Source of the DNA: Eledone cirrhosa
Lineage: Eukaryota
DNA length: 64,000 bases
Reading direction: 5' to 3'
Assembly: GCA_964016885.1 (NCBI GenBank)
Contig: OZ024740.1
Span: forward strand, 207,514,001-207,578,000
Shown here: in pieces, positions 1-13,350 of the stretch
Position numbering within the stretch: the first letter of the stretch is position 1
Layout: each line of letters starts with the position of its first letter
Translations under genes and position numbers: made by a program
The notes under the pieces: model-generated
Seen by the model: the letters and a program-made list of their open reading frames with translations, nothing else
Databases searched by the model: none
What the model was told of the DNA's origin: nothing

Positions 1-110
1 AATTATTTGCTTAAGCACAAAATGTAGACACCATCTCCAGGCCGAGGTTTTCCGTACTTCTCTGTACTGTTTCAGAAAGGAGGGATAAACATGCCAATCT
101 ATGTTTAAAA

Positions 111-140
111 GCCCGAGCAACGCAGGGCCATTCTGCTAGT
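111..140 (+). mobile_element. Helitron-like 3' terminus
   Basis: GC hairpin GCCCGAGCAACGCAGGGC followed a few nt later by CTAG|T, the typical Helitron 3' end; the body would lie upstream of the window. Confidence 0.55.
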
Positions 141-271
141 ATTAATTAAAAGTAGTTAAGATGTGGTTTTCTCCCCAATTGCTTTATTGCATGATATATA
201 TTTTTGTGACATAGTTATGCATGTGACTTCATCAGGTGGACATACAATCTTCAGGTACAATTATGCATATG

Positions 272-375
<104 letters not shown>

Positions 376-410
376 TGTATGTATGTGTGTGTGTGTGTGT
401 GTGTATACAT

Positions 411-445
<35 letters not shown>

Positions 446-447
<2 letters not shown>

Positions 448-848
448 AATGGAAACTATATTTATAAAACCATATTTATTCTATTATATATATTTCAAGG
501 GTATCAAAAATTTGGTACGCTCTCATCAGATAAAATAGAAAGTTTGTTTTATAAATATTGACATATCCAGGAAGGAGATCTTAATGGTTCAAGAAAAACT
601 TGAACCATTAAGATCTCCTTCCTGGATATGTCAATATTTATAAAACAAACTTTCTATTTTATCTGATGAGAGCGTACCAAATTTTTGGTACCCTTGAAAT
701 ATATATAATAGAATAAATATGATTTTATAAATATAGTTTCCATTTATTAATATCATTGATATTATACTCCAGAAAATCTGTCGAGTGCTTCGAATCAGTT
801 ATAAATATATATATTTGTTGAATTACCAACAAATTAAATTTCCCTTTG

Positions 849-850
<2 letters not shown>
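446..850. mobile_element. Fold-back PLE pLTR-like element (family C) between (TA)n tracts
   Basis: Near-perfect inverted repeat 446-593/599-746 with a 5-nt loop; right arm continues to (TA)n at 851; homologous to 19025-19330 and 61790-62025. Confidence 0.8.
657..713 (+). ncRNA. Minimal type I hammerhead ribozyme
   Basis: TTTTAT-CTGATGA-stem II (GTACCAA/TTGGTAC)-GAAA-TATATA-TA-ATAGAA; mirror copy on the minus strand at about 480-535. Confidence 0.75.
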
Positions 851-900
<50 letters not shown>

Positions 901-902
<2 letters not shown>

Positions 903-1570
903 GTTTTGCAAGGTTTTTGATATGAAATCGTGTGTCGTAACAAATATTGTTATACTTGGGGAGGGTCATATTGTTGTAATAGTATTGCCAGAAATAATAA
1001 CAGAACACACTCTCTGTTTGGTTGGTTTTCGCTTCTGTATCTTTTATATCTCCATAGTTAATTTATTTGGCAATCAACGTTTATCATTGATTGACCAACG
1101 GTTAAAAATACAGGTATATATATATATACATATAGTCTATCAAATTTGTTTCGTTGCACATCTGCAACATCAACATTATTATGTTCCTCCTATTGTATTG
1201 TATTGTATTGTATTGTATAGTATTGTAATGTCTACGCCATTTTTATTTGATTTATTTATTTATTTCTTCTTGTCTCCGTCTCTGCGCATGCGTTTGCATG
1301 TGTGTATAATGTTTGGTATGTGTTCGCGTTTGATGAGTGTATGTGTTTTGTTTTTGTATTCTATCTTTGTTCACTACTGTGTGTTTATATGTGTTTGTTG
1401 TTATTGTACTTGTGTATATATTTATTTATTTATTTATTAATATTTCCCTTAAGTCAGTATAAATAAAATAAAAATGCAGTAGACATTACAATACAATACA
1501 ATACAATAGGAGGGAACATAATAATAGTACCACTGTTGATGTTGTAGATGTGCAACGAAAGAAGTTTGAT

Positions 1571-1606
<36 letters not shown>

Positions 1607-1765
1607 CCTGTATTTTTTAACCGTTGGTCAATCAATGATAAAGGTTGATTGCCAAATAAATTAACTATGAAGATATAAAAGATACAGAAGCGACAACCAA
1701 CCAAACAGTGAGTGTGTTCTGTTATTATTTCTGGCAATATTATTACAACAATATGACCCTCCCAT
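901..1765. mobile_element. Solo PLE pLTR (family A) with inverted partial copy
   Basis: 901-1455 is homologous to 15080-15660 (3' region of the Penelope element); 1458-1765 is an inverted copy of about 957-1262; degenerate HHR at 1533-1560. Confidence 0.75.
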
Positions 1766-2101
1766 ACTGCGATTCTGTTTTTTTCTCTCTCTCTCTCTCT
1801 TACTGCTCCCCCATTCTCTCTGTTTCTCCTACTTTCTTTCGCCCCCTCTGTCGTGTCAGTTAACACTTCCTCACACTTCCACTCACTCACTGTTTCTCCT
1901 CTCCCCACTTCACCCCGTTCGTAACGAAAGCAATTTCTCTCTTTCTTACATTGCATTCGTTTGCGAAAGGTCTGTTTTCTAAGCGCTCATATATTCACCT
2001 AGCTTACGCTAACAGAATAACTATGAAGCTTGTTTCCTTCCTCTACGGTTAGCTCTACTCTTTGTTGTTTTCCTGTCTCACTCGCTTTACGCGTTTTAAT
2101 T

Positions 2102-2202
2102 GTCCTAATAACTTAATTTAGTTATTATTGCACCGACGTGAGGTATATGATTTTTAATGCAATGAAATATCTATGATCGTCGGCAAATCACTGATGAGGG
2201 AC
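2102..2202 (+). ncRNA. Rewired hammerhead-like motif with kink-turn (family D, copy 1)
   Basis: GGTAT-A-TGATTT...GAAATATC...AAATCA-CTGATGA-G-GGAC; helices covary with copies at 14879, 25712, 26182, 32383 and 32930. Confidence 0.65.
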
Positions 2203-2258
2203 TTATTTTATTACATGTTATCCATGTGCTACCAGCAGTATTTTTCTCCCCATTTTAT

Positions 2259-2334
<76 letters not shown>

Positions 2335-2561
2335 AAATAGGATTTCGCTTCAAGCATAGCTTTATACAAAATGTATAAATATTTCGTATCTTCTAGTCCA
2401 CCAGTCGCAAGCGGTGGGAGGGACCGTCCTAACGAAGGCCAGTTAAGCCTGAAATGCATAGACGGTTGTCCCCCTTGCTTCTGCTGGACATCACCAGAGG
2501 GTGTTAGCCCCTCGGTGTGTGCATAGCTACGGCTTCCTAAAACTGGAGATACGAAATATTT

Positions 2562-2678
<117 letters not shown>

Positions 2679-2764
2679 AATATATATATATGTGTGTGTG
2701 TGTATAAATATATATATATGTGTGTGTGTATATATATGCTGGAATATCTGCTGGATCAGTTTAT

Positions 2765-3520
2765 TGCATAACCACGCCCTCCACTTATTACAGGTATATA
2801 TCTTTAGTTACAGTTTTCTTATTTTTTATTTTATGTTTAACTTTACGTTAACACCAGCTGGACAGAATGTCTTTTCGTGACCCAAGTCATTAATTCTGCT
2901 GAGTTAACTTCTTGTCAACTGCAGTCCACCATATCCTTTCATATCAAATTTCTGTCATTCTCAAGTTTTCTGATAGCTCAACCGTGCACGATCTATTGCA
3001 GGTTTACATACACATGTCCACCTGATATTCTGTTGTGATAGACTTGAGCGAATTCCCTTGATTTTTGTTCATGTTTCTCAGTGAGGGAACACTTTCCACG
3101 GAACTCCTTTTCAACTTTAATGCTGTTATCTGCTTCACATATGCTAATATCTGAAGTTAAGAGCCGAAACACTTGCTTCAGGGGGTTTATTCTTTGAAGA
3201 CCTTCTGCTGTCCAGCTCTCCTGAGATATTTTAAACCTCACATTACATATGCTGTTATTTGCTTCACATAGGCTGTTATATATTTCACATATACAGATGT
3301 GATCGATGGAAGACTATTTTAATCGATATTGAATCTCTTCTGACTTGGTTTGAGGTAGTCAATGTCACTGTTGATGTAGAAATAACTGTTACTGTTCCAA
3401 TTTTTCGGGTTTTAACCCCAATACCCGGTTCTCACATACCGTCTAATCGAGTTACCCTAAATGTTGTTATAATTACTGGTACGACAAACACATTGTGGGT
3501 CACAAGTTTATTGTCTACAG
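2765..3520 (-). pseudogene. Degenerate R4/Dong/NeSL-type non-LTR retrotransposon relic
   Basis: Minus-strand fragments NKLVTHNVFVVPVII, GVKTRKI and FYINSDIDYL resemble the RT thumb region of these clades; many frameshifts. Confidence 0.5.
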
Positions 3521-4348
3521 AGCACAACAACAACTACATCAACAACAATAACAACAGAAGCAGTACCACTGATCACAACCATGATACCAACAACAACGAT
3601 CACAACCACTACAACTGCAACAACAACAAACAAGATACAGAGAATAGGTGAACATGGAAATCACAGGAATTTTGATGAGAGGTGGTGTCAAAAACTTCCG
3701 CTGTATGTTGCTAACGCCGGAAAGGTGGAGATGTTTCCGTCTCTTCACAAGTACCACTTCTAATGGTAAATACACTCCACTATACACAAAATATGTTCCC
3801 AGATAACAAATGTATTGACGTAACTAAAATACTTGTAATTCTAAATTTACACATCAAACTTAAAAATGGAAATAATGATTTTATAGCGAGCCTACATCAT
3901 TTCAAAGTGAGAATAACGATTTCATAATGAGCTCACGTCACTTAAACAAGAAATAAACTAGTTTAAATAAGCCAAGAAGATATAATATATCTTCTTGTAG
4001 AGAAAATGTAGTAGGGAATGATTTAATCAGTTGAGGAAGAGGACATTATGAAGAAAACAAAACGAAACGTTCGCCATTTTTAGTTTTCTATGGAATTATT
4101 GCTTTGATAAAATCTAAAGGAGTATGTGTCTTCTAAAATGGTTGGGTGGATGGATATCTTAGGCACAGTATGGCTCCTACTCGTTTAACTGTTAAACTGC
4201 TTATTCCTCGAACAATGTTTCTGTAATGGCCAAACAAACATTATCAATTGGACATGAAAGATCGAAGACATAAAGTGATCAACGTAGTTCGCAGTCAAAT
4301 TATAGATTGTTATTGACGTAGATCGATGTCGTTCGCCAACATAGTTCT

Positions 4349-4549
4349 CAAGGAGATTCAGCGTGACAGAGAATGTGGTAAGATTGGCCCTTCGAATTAC
4401 AGGTACAACTTGTTTTTACCAGCTGAGTGGACTGGAGCAACGAGGAATAAAGTGTCTTGCTCAAGGACACAACGCGCTACCGGGAATCGAACTCAGGACC
4501 ATATGATCGGGAGCCGAATACCTTATTCACAAAGCCATGCACCTTCACA
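4349..4549 (-). mobile_element. tRNA-derived SINE with Deu/Nin-like core
   Basis: Minus strand: B-box GAGTTCGATTCC followed by GTGTCCTTGAGCAAGACACTTTA...GCTCCAGTCCACTCAGCTG. Confidence 0.75.
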
Positions 4550-4964
4550 TGTATGTTGTAGGTACAAATGTAATAACATTAGCTAAATGCCATGTGGTAT
4601 TTCGTTTGAATGTATTACTTATGAAAAGGGTATGTTAATAATATATATTTACTCATACGTATATTGCAAAAGAGAAGCAGATATATAAAGTTTGCTTTAA
4701 ACAGGGAATATTTCAAATAACTATAAATAGAATTACATTAGTCGGGAGTTATAATTGACGTAACAGGATGCTAAGGGTTTTTTTCTCCATCACTTCGTAT
4801 TTATTCCTTTCTATCCGCCTAACACCTAAAATAATCCAATCCAGTATCTCACTTATTTCTTTCACTACTTCCGTACGTATACAGAATACATCATCAGTAT
4901 ATATATACACACATATATAAACACACATTAATACATATATATATGCGTATACGTACACACCTCC

Positions 4965-5063
<99 letters not shown>

Positions 5064-5286
5064 TACATAGATATATATATATGTATATACACACACATAC
5101 ACATGCATATATATATATTTGTGTGTGTGTGTGTGTGTGTGTATAATTTCCTTTCTACCCTTTCTTATTTTACAGTTCACTTTGTTTTCAATCCAGCGGG
5201 AATATTTCACTTCCAGACTACCAGTGTCGTAAAAACATGGTGGCTATTTTAATCAAATTATTTTAATGGAAACTATTACATTTCAT

Positions 5287-5403
<117 letters not shown>

Positions 5404-6226
5404 TTATGTATGCATAAATAATATTTATAAGACACAGATATATATATACATATATATGTATACACATACACATACATATAAATATACGTGTATACACGTA
5501 TATATTTTGCTGACCTCCTTCATAGTTTGGGTTGTTCATTCACTCCCACTCCTATTGGGTAAAAATTGTGAAAGTTATATAAAAGAACAAATTGAGATTA
5601 ATTTGATATAATATATAAATAACTGCTTCATATGCAGTGTTTCAAAGTTATCCTGTAGTGTAGAATATATCTAACCATGTATGTAACTGATAGTTGTAAA
5701 ATATTTGCTTTTATATTATTAACCATCGTTCCAATAACAACCCTGAGCACCTTTTGAATACCACGTCTCCAATACCCGTGGACATGCTTCCCTGGGAATG
5801 GATACATTAAAGCTCCGGTGTCTGGTAATTGTCTTGCTAAACACCCACAAGATTATTAACCATCCTTCCAACAATAACCCTGAGCATCCTTTTGAATTCC
5901 ATATGTCTAAAACCTGTGGATATGCTTACAAAATAAGAAAACAGTACAGCTCCCATGACTTTTGGAAAATTGTTTCACGCTCAGAGTTGCTGAAGCATGG
6001 AACAAACTACCTGCATCGGCTGTTAGCTGTTGGAACATTGCATCCTTCTAAACGTCCATGCTTCCTGAAATTCGCCAACACTACAGCTGATATCCCCCTC
6101 CATACACACGCACGCATGTGTGTGTGTGTATATACACTGTTCCCTTTCCTGACTTTTGTACATTATTCTATGTACTATACATGCACCTTTGATGAGTTAT
6201 AGTGCATCTGAGCACTGTACACAATA

Positions 6227-6340
6227 ATCCCGCCGAGGTTAACTTTGCCTTTCATCCTTACGGGGTCGATAAAATAAAGTACCAGTAATACACTGGTATA
6301 ATTGCTTTCCTTGTGCCAAAAGTAGAAACAATTATTATTA
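6227..6340 (+). mobile_element. 5'-truncated tRNA-SINE (family 2)
   Basis: CCCGCCGAGGTTAACTTTGCCTTTCATCCTTACGGGGTCGATAAAATAAAGTACCAGTA with an (ATT)n tail. Confidence 0.8.
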
Positions 6341-6686
6341 TATGCAATATCTTTGTGGACAAAATAAGAGTGATCCACCGTATTAGTCTCAATCCTGTAT
6401 TGGGATTTCACTATTGACTGACGGACATTGTTCACAAACTCAGTATTACACAAGGCTCAAGAAAATTAGATAGATCAATTTACATATATAAAGGTTTACA
6501 TTATGTATTGTGTGATGAGCCAAATGACATGTGTGTCACAATTTCTTTGTTTGTCACTTAGCCTCATTCTCGGTCTTAAATAATAAGCAGATTCTGCCAC
6601 ATGATTTTCCCTGGTCAATGGAGAGCACACTTCCCCTATGTGTTGTTGATGTTTGCCTTTTCACTGCGAGTGTTTACATCGATAAT

Positions 6687-6875
6687 TGTTTCTACTTTTG
6701 GCACAAGGCCAGCAATCACCCAGTGCATTACTGGTACTTTATTTTATCGACCCCGTAAGGATGAAAGGCAAAGTTAACGTCGGCGGGATTTGAACTCAGA
6801 ATGGCAAGGGCCGTAACTCTATGCGTCAAAACATGGCGTCCGAGCCTCTACCGATACTGCCAATCCACCGCCCTT
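6687..6875 (-). mobile_element. Full-length tRNA-SINE (family 2, Meta/MESC-like core) with TSD
   Basis: A-box-like TGGCAGTATCGG, B-box GAGTTCAAATCC; 17-bp direct repeat GTGTTTACATCGATAAT at 6670-6686 and 6876-6892. Confidence 0.85.
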
Positions 6876-7011
6876 GTGTTTACATCGATAATGTCATCGT
6901 TTTCTTTCATAAAAGACAGTATCAATTTTATTTTGATTTTCGTGTTTTTTTTTTTGTTGTTTTTGTTTTTCTTAAACTTATTCCAAGATATCTTCCACAA
7001 ATACCGCAGTG

Positions 7012-7076
7012 ATGGTTAAATACACAGTCATGGTTAAATACACAGTCATGGTTAAATACACAGTCATGGTTAAATA
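7012..7076. repeat. 18-bp tandem repeat, about 3.5 copies
   Basis: (ATGGTTAAATACACAGTC)n. Confidence 0.9.
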
Positions 7077-7279
7077 AATTAAACAGAAACGTTCAAACTG
7101 TTTTTCTTTAAATCCTAACAGTCAACTGTCTTTATAATAATTCAGAGAGAAACCACACAGAAATAGCTATCTATTACAAAATATATTTAAAAACAGAGGC
7201 TCGTATAAAGACGTCTTACTAGGAGATGACTACAACAACAAAAACACCAATAACAACAACAACAACAATAACAACAATA

Positions 7280-7650
7280 ATAATTGTTTCTACTTTATGC
7301 ACAAGGCCAGCAATTTGGGGGAAGGGGCGGAAAGTCAATTAGCTTAACCCCAGTGTATTACTGGTACTTTATTTTATCAACCCCGTAAGGATGAAGGAGA
7401 AAGCTAACCTCTGCGGGATTTGAACTCAGAATGTAAAGGGCTGTAACTCTATCCCGCGAAGCGTGTTGTTCGACGCTCTACCGATTACTGCCAATCCCCA
7501 ACCTTAACAACAATAATAATAACAATAAGGATTTCGACTATAAGCACAAGGCCAGTAATTTGGCGGTGGGGGAAATCAATTAAATCGACCCCAGTACGTT
7601 ACTGGTGCTTTATTTTATCGACCCCGTAAGGATGAAAGGCAAAGTTAATA
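7280..7650 (-). mobile_element. Two adjacent family-2 SINE copies (longer subfamily)
   Basis: Core repeated at about 7350-7430 and 7590-7648; both carry an extra G-rich insert. Confidence 0.8.
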
Positions 7651-7704
7651 ATATTAACGATGACGCCGATGATGTTGATGATGGTGGTGATTAGGAGTTT
7701 TTTT

Positions 7705-7815
7705 TATATAGCACAAAGGCGACGAATAAGGCGAGAGTGTTGGAATGGCTCTTCCAACGAGTCTCCCTCACTATCCTCGTGGGAAACGCCTTCGCTATTC
7801 TGTCCGCCTGGACCT
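7705..7815 (+). pseudogene. 3' fragment of a CRE-clade non-LTR retrotransposon
   Basis: Translates ARVLEWLFQRVSLTILVGNAFAILSA, matching the WLFQRxSxxIxRGNA C-terminal motif of CRE elements. Confidence 0.6.
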
Positions 7816-8200
7816 GGTGTATAGATATGTTTCACAGACACACACACCCTTACACTGAGACAGAGTAGTTATTCATCTGAGTCTTTAACTTCATATAACT
7901 TTTAATATTGACTACCATTAGAAAACATTTAAATATATAGTTTGGTTGTCTTAACTTAAGGCGGTATTACAAACAGAATCGATTGTGAACGAAGAAACAA
8001 AGTAAAACTCTCAAGGCTGATACAACAGTACCACAGAACATTAATGATGTCTTCTCTTCTTTTCTTTTTCTCTCTCTTATTTCTTTATCTCTGCTAATTT
8101 AACATTTCTATTGTCTTCTATCTTTCCTCCCGGCCACCACGGCGCCAGTTTCTTCTTCTGCTCCACTACTACAATGTACGTATATATTTTATTGTAGAAG

Positions 8201-8288
<88 letters not shown>

Positions 8289-8419
8289 TGCTACTACTTA
8301 ATTAATCACATAGGACAACCTACAATGCTCCACCGATCACAGAATATTTAAAGAGGACCTAGTTAGTTCATTGCTGTCTTTGTGTCTGGTCTTTTTAAAT
8401 AATATTATTTTAATATATA

Positions 8420-8540
8420 TTCTGAGTTCAAATCCCGCCGAGGTTGACTTTGCCTTTCATCCTTACGGGGTCGATAAAATAAAGTACCAGTAATGCACTG
8501 GGTAATTGCTGGCCTTGTGCCTAAAGTAGAAACAATTATT
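8420..8540 (+). mobile_element. Family-2 SINE, 5'-truncated
   Basis: B-box, core and tail match the other copies. Confidence 0.8.
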
Positions 8541-8734
8541 TTAATATAACTCTGGTTATATTGCACAACATAAAAAACAAGAATTGCTCCTTGGCAGTCT
8601 TGTGTAACAATATTTATATAAAAGGTTTAGTTAAATGCTAGCATATCTAATAAAGTTTTAATGTTTTTACATTGTTAGCTAGTTCTAAAGAGAACTAATG
8701 TATAGTTCGTTAAGTGTTTTTTCAACTTAATAAA

Positions 8735-9015
8735 TAATCACTGAAGATGTCACAGGGAAAAGTGTGACGAAAGAAATTAGAGAAATTATATTTATATCTA
8801 TATTATTAACTGTTGGTCAATCAATGATAAACATTGATTGCCAGCTAAATTATTTATAGAAATATAAAAAAATCTATACTGAAGCGAAAACCAAACCAAA
8901 ACAATGAGTGTTTTACTATTTTTGGTAATATTAGGCGAACATAACCCTCCCCAAATATAACAATATCTGTTTCAACACATGATTTCAAATAAAAAACCTT
9001 GCAAAACAAATACAT
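8735..9015 (+). mobile_element. PLE pLTR (family A, diverged) with HHR motif
   Basis: CTGAAGA-T-GTCACA...TGTGAC-GAAA at 8741-8772; shared 3' segment ACCCTCCCCAAATATAACAATA. Confidence 0.7.
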
Positions 9016-9252
9016 CGCTGCCAAATGTATTGTCGGTATAACTATAAATTAGTCAAACATACAGAAAAAGAAAGCAGTATTGGAAAGGACTATGAATGCC
9101 AAAAATGAGAGGAAAAGGAGGGAAAGAGCAAAGACTATTAAGTATAGGAAGAAAGGGAGAGGGGAAAGGTGACAGACTACACGTAGGTGAGTGTGGGGTT
9201 TCGGCGGACAATGGCCAGTGACACTCACACATAAACACACACCCATACATAT

Positions 9253-9320
9253 ATTCCTGATGATTTGATATGAATGAAACAGTTCTATTTCTGTAAAAGT
9301 CATTTCTATATTAAATAATT
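9253..9320 (+). ncRNA. Type I HHR motif (family B, diverged)
   Basis: ATTC-CTGATGA...GAAACAG...CTGTA; homologous to 34212 and 61602. Confidence 0.55.
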
Positions 9321-9426
9321 ATATATATATCAAGCGTGAAACTAATATTAACATTTGTACTGCCTCTTCGCTGCCAACTTGTTTTTTTTGTTTTTTGTTT
9401 ACTGCCTCAACTATAAAATATATATC

Positions 9427-10110
<684 letters not shown>

Positions 10111-10138
10111 CACACACTCACACATACACACACATACT

Positions 10139-10179
<41 letters not shown>

Positions 10180-10344
10180 CAAATGAAAAAAAACGGAGTT
10201 AAAGAAATGCGTTAATCTCCTGTAATTTAATGAGCTCAAGGTATAATTTCTAATTATTACGTATTTTCCACACTTTTCGTAGACTTTATGTATTTCACTC
10301 TAATGATTCTCTACCCCTTGTAATTCAAATCATACGCTTTTGTG

Positions 10345-10409
<65 letters not shown>

Positions 10410-10417
<8 letters not shown>

Positions 10418-10747
10418 GAAAAAACGAGGAAGTTTCGTTTACATATTGTATATCTTCTATATGTAAACGAAACTTTGTTCTGTCCTACGCCATCAAAAAC
10501 AAGATGGCGTAGGACAGAACAAAGGAGAGGCACAAAAACAAAGAAAAGAATCCCCAATACTGAAGAGGTCACAGAATGTGTGAAGAAATAACTTTGACAA
10601 TATATAAACAACCATCTGGTTATGGAACCAACCAACCGGAAATTTATAAATTCCTAAATTTATAAATTTATTATAATAAATTGAAGTGAAAGCAACTGGT
10701 GCGTGTGTTTCTTATTGGCAACATGCCCCTCCCAAAGTATAACAATA

Positions 10748-10781
<34 letters not shown>

Positions 10782-10931
10782 GTGTGGGTAGTACAGTGAA
10801 TATTGGTGTTGGTACCAAATCAAGTACTTTATGCACATGCAGAGTGTGTAGGAGTGAATAGGAAAAAACGAGGAAGTTTCGTTTACATATAGAAGATATA
10901 CAATATGTAAACGAAACTTCCTCGTTTTTTC

Positions 10932-10935
<4 letters not shown>
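10410..10935. mobile_element. Family-A pLTR with HHR motif, flanked by hairpin copies
   Basis: Fold-back at 10473-10524; CTGAAGA...GAAA at 10560-10588; hairpin GAAAAAACGAGGAAGTTTCGTTTACATAT at 10418-10473 and 10862-10931. Confidence 0.7.
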
Positions 10936-11026
<91 letters not shown>

Positions 11027-11038
11027 GCAGAATGTATG

Positions 11039-11079
<41 letters not shown>

Positions 11080-11524
11080 TTTTTCTTCTGTTTCCATTCT
11101 ATTTATGGTGGAGATCCTTTATTGTAGAAGTTATAGAATGAGGTTAACCTTATCCATAGAGACCTGACTAACACTTTGCAAAGACACTCCACCCTTATCT
11201 GCCCTAAAAATAGAAACCAGACCCCCAAAACAATGCGTTGACAATCCCATCAGAGATTGGGCGGTTTAATGCTAAATTACATCTCCATCCGATACCTTGA
11301 CCGTCCTAATATAGTTTGTGTATAAGGTTATGGGGGTGTTTTGTTGTTGTGGTTAGTATGGTTGATGTTGTTGTGGTTGTTGTTGCTGTCTAGCTGCCCG
11401 GACAGCCAGGATCTAGTAAACATATGATCTAAAGGGTTCCACCCGACATTATACGTATTCTCCTGTATATATTGTCTAATCCTCCTCCTCTTTCTCCCCC
11501 TACTGCTCATCATCCTAATCATTA

Positions 11525-13350
11525 TTCGTTATCATCATCATCGTCATCGTCATCATCATCGTCGTCGTCATCATCATCATCATCGTCGTCGTCATCGTCA
11601 TCGTCATCATCGTCGTCGTCGTCATCGTCGTCGTCATCATCATCATCATCGTCGTCGTCATCATCATCATCATCTTCAGCAGCAACAGCACCACCACCAG
11701 CTCCACCGCCGCCACCACTATCACCATCAACCACCACTCCACCACTCCACCGCCGCCACCACTATCATCACCACCACTACTCCACCACTCCACCACTCCA
11801 CCACTCCACCACTCCACCACTATCACCACCACCACCACTCCACCACTCCACCACTCCACCACTATCACCACCACCACCACTCCACCACTCCACCACTCCA
11901 CCACTATCACCACCACCACCACTCCACCACTCCACCACTACCACCACCAACCACCACTCCACCACTCCACCACTCCACCACTACCACCACCAACCACCGC
12001 TCCACCACTATCACCACACCACCACTATCACCACCACCACCACTATCACCACCACCACCACTCCACCACTCCACCACTATCACCACCACCACCACCACTC
12101 CACCACTATCACCACCACCATCACTCCACCACTCCACCACTATCACCAACACCACCACTATCACCACCACTATCACCACCACCACCACCACTCCACCACT
12201 CCACCACTATCACCACCACCACCACTCCACCACTCCACCACTATCACCAACACCACCACTATCACCACCACTATCACCACCACCACCACCACTCCACCAC
12301 TCCACCACTATCACCACCACCACCACTCCACCACTCCACCACTATCACCAACACCACCACTCCACCACTCCACCACTCCACCACTATCACCACCACCACC
12401 ACTATCACCACCACCACCACTCCACCACTCCACCACTCCACCACTCCACCACTCCACAACTATCACCACCACCACCACTCCACCACTCCACCACTCCACA
12501 ATTATCACCACCACCACCACTCCACCACTATCACCACCACCACCACTCCACCACTATCACCACCACCACCACTCCACCACTCCACCACTATCACCACCAC
12601 CACTACTCCACCACTCCACCACTCCACCACTCCACCACTATCACCACCACCACTCCACCACTCCACCACTATCACCACACCACCACCACCACTACTCCAC
12701 CACTCCACCACTATCACCACCACCACCACTATCACCACCACCACCACTCCACCACTCCACCACTATCACCAACACCACCACTCCACCACTCCACCACTCC
12801 ACCACTATCACCACCACCACCACTATCACCACCACCACCACTCCACCACCACCACTCCACAACTATCACCACCACCACCACTCCACAATTATCACCACCA
12901 CCACCACTCCACCACTCCACCACTATCACCACCACCACCACTCCACCACTATCACCACCACCACCACTCCACCACTCCACCACTATCACCACCACCACCA
13001 CTCCACCACTCCACCGCCGCCACCACTATCACCACCACCACTCCACCACTCCACCACTATCACCACCACCACTACTCCACCACTCCACCGCCGCCACCAC
13101 TATCACCACCACCACCACTCCACCACTCCACCACTATCACCACCACCACCACCACCACTCCACCACTCCACCACTATCACCACCACCACCACTCCACCAC
13201 TCCACCACTCCACCGCCGCCACCACTACCACCACCACTACCACCACCACCACCACTCCACCACTACCACCATCACTCCACCACTACCACCACCACTCCAC
13301 CACTCCACCACTCCACCACTCCACCACTATCACCACCAACACCACCAGTT
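11525..13350. repeat. (TCA/TCG)n tract followed by an irregular CCA/CCACTCCA/CCACTATCA mosaic
   Basis: Visible low-complexity sequence; accounts for the 627-aa pseudo-ORF. Confidence 0.95.

Noticed and set aside
11150-11300. ADKGG motif on the minus strand suggesting a PLE RT fragment
   Set aside because: Too short and degenerate to support.
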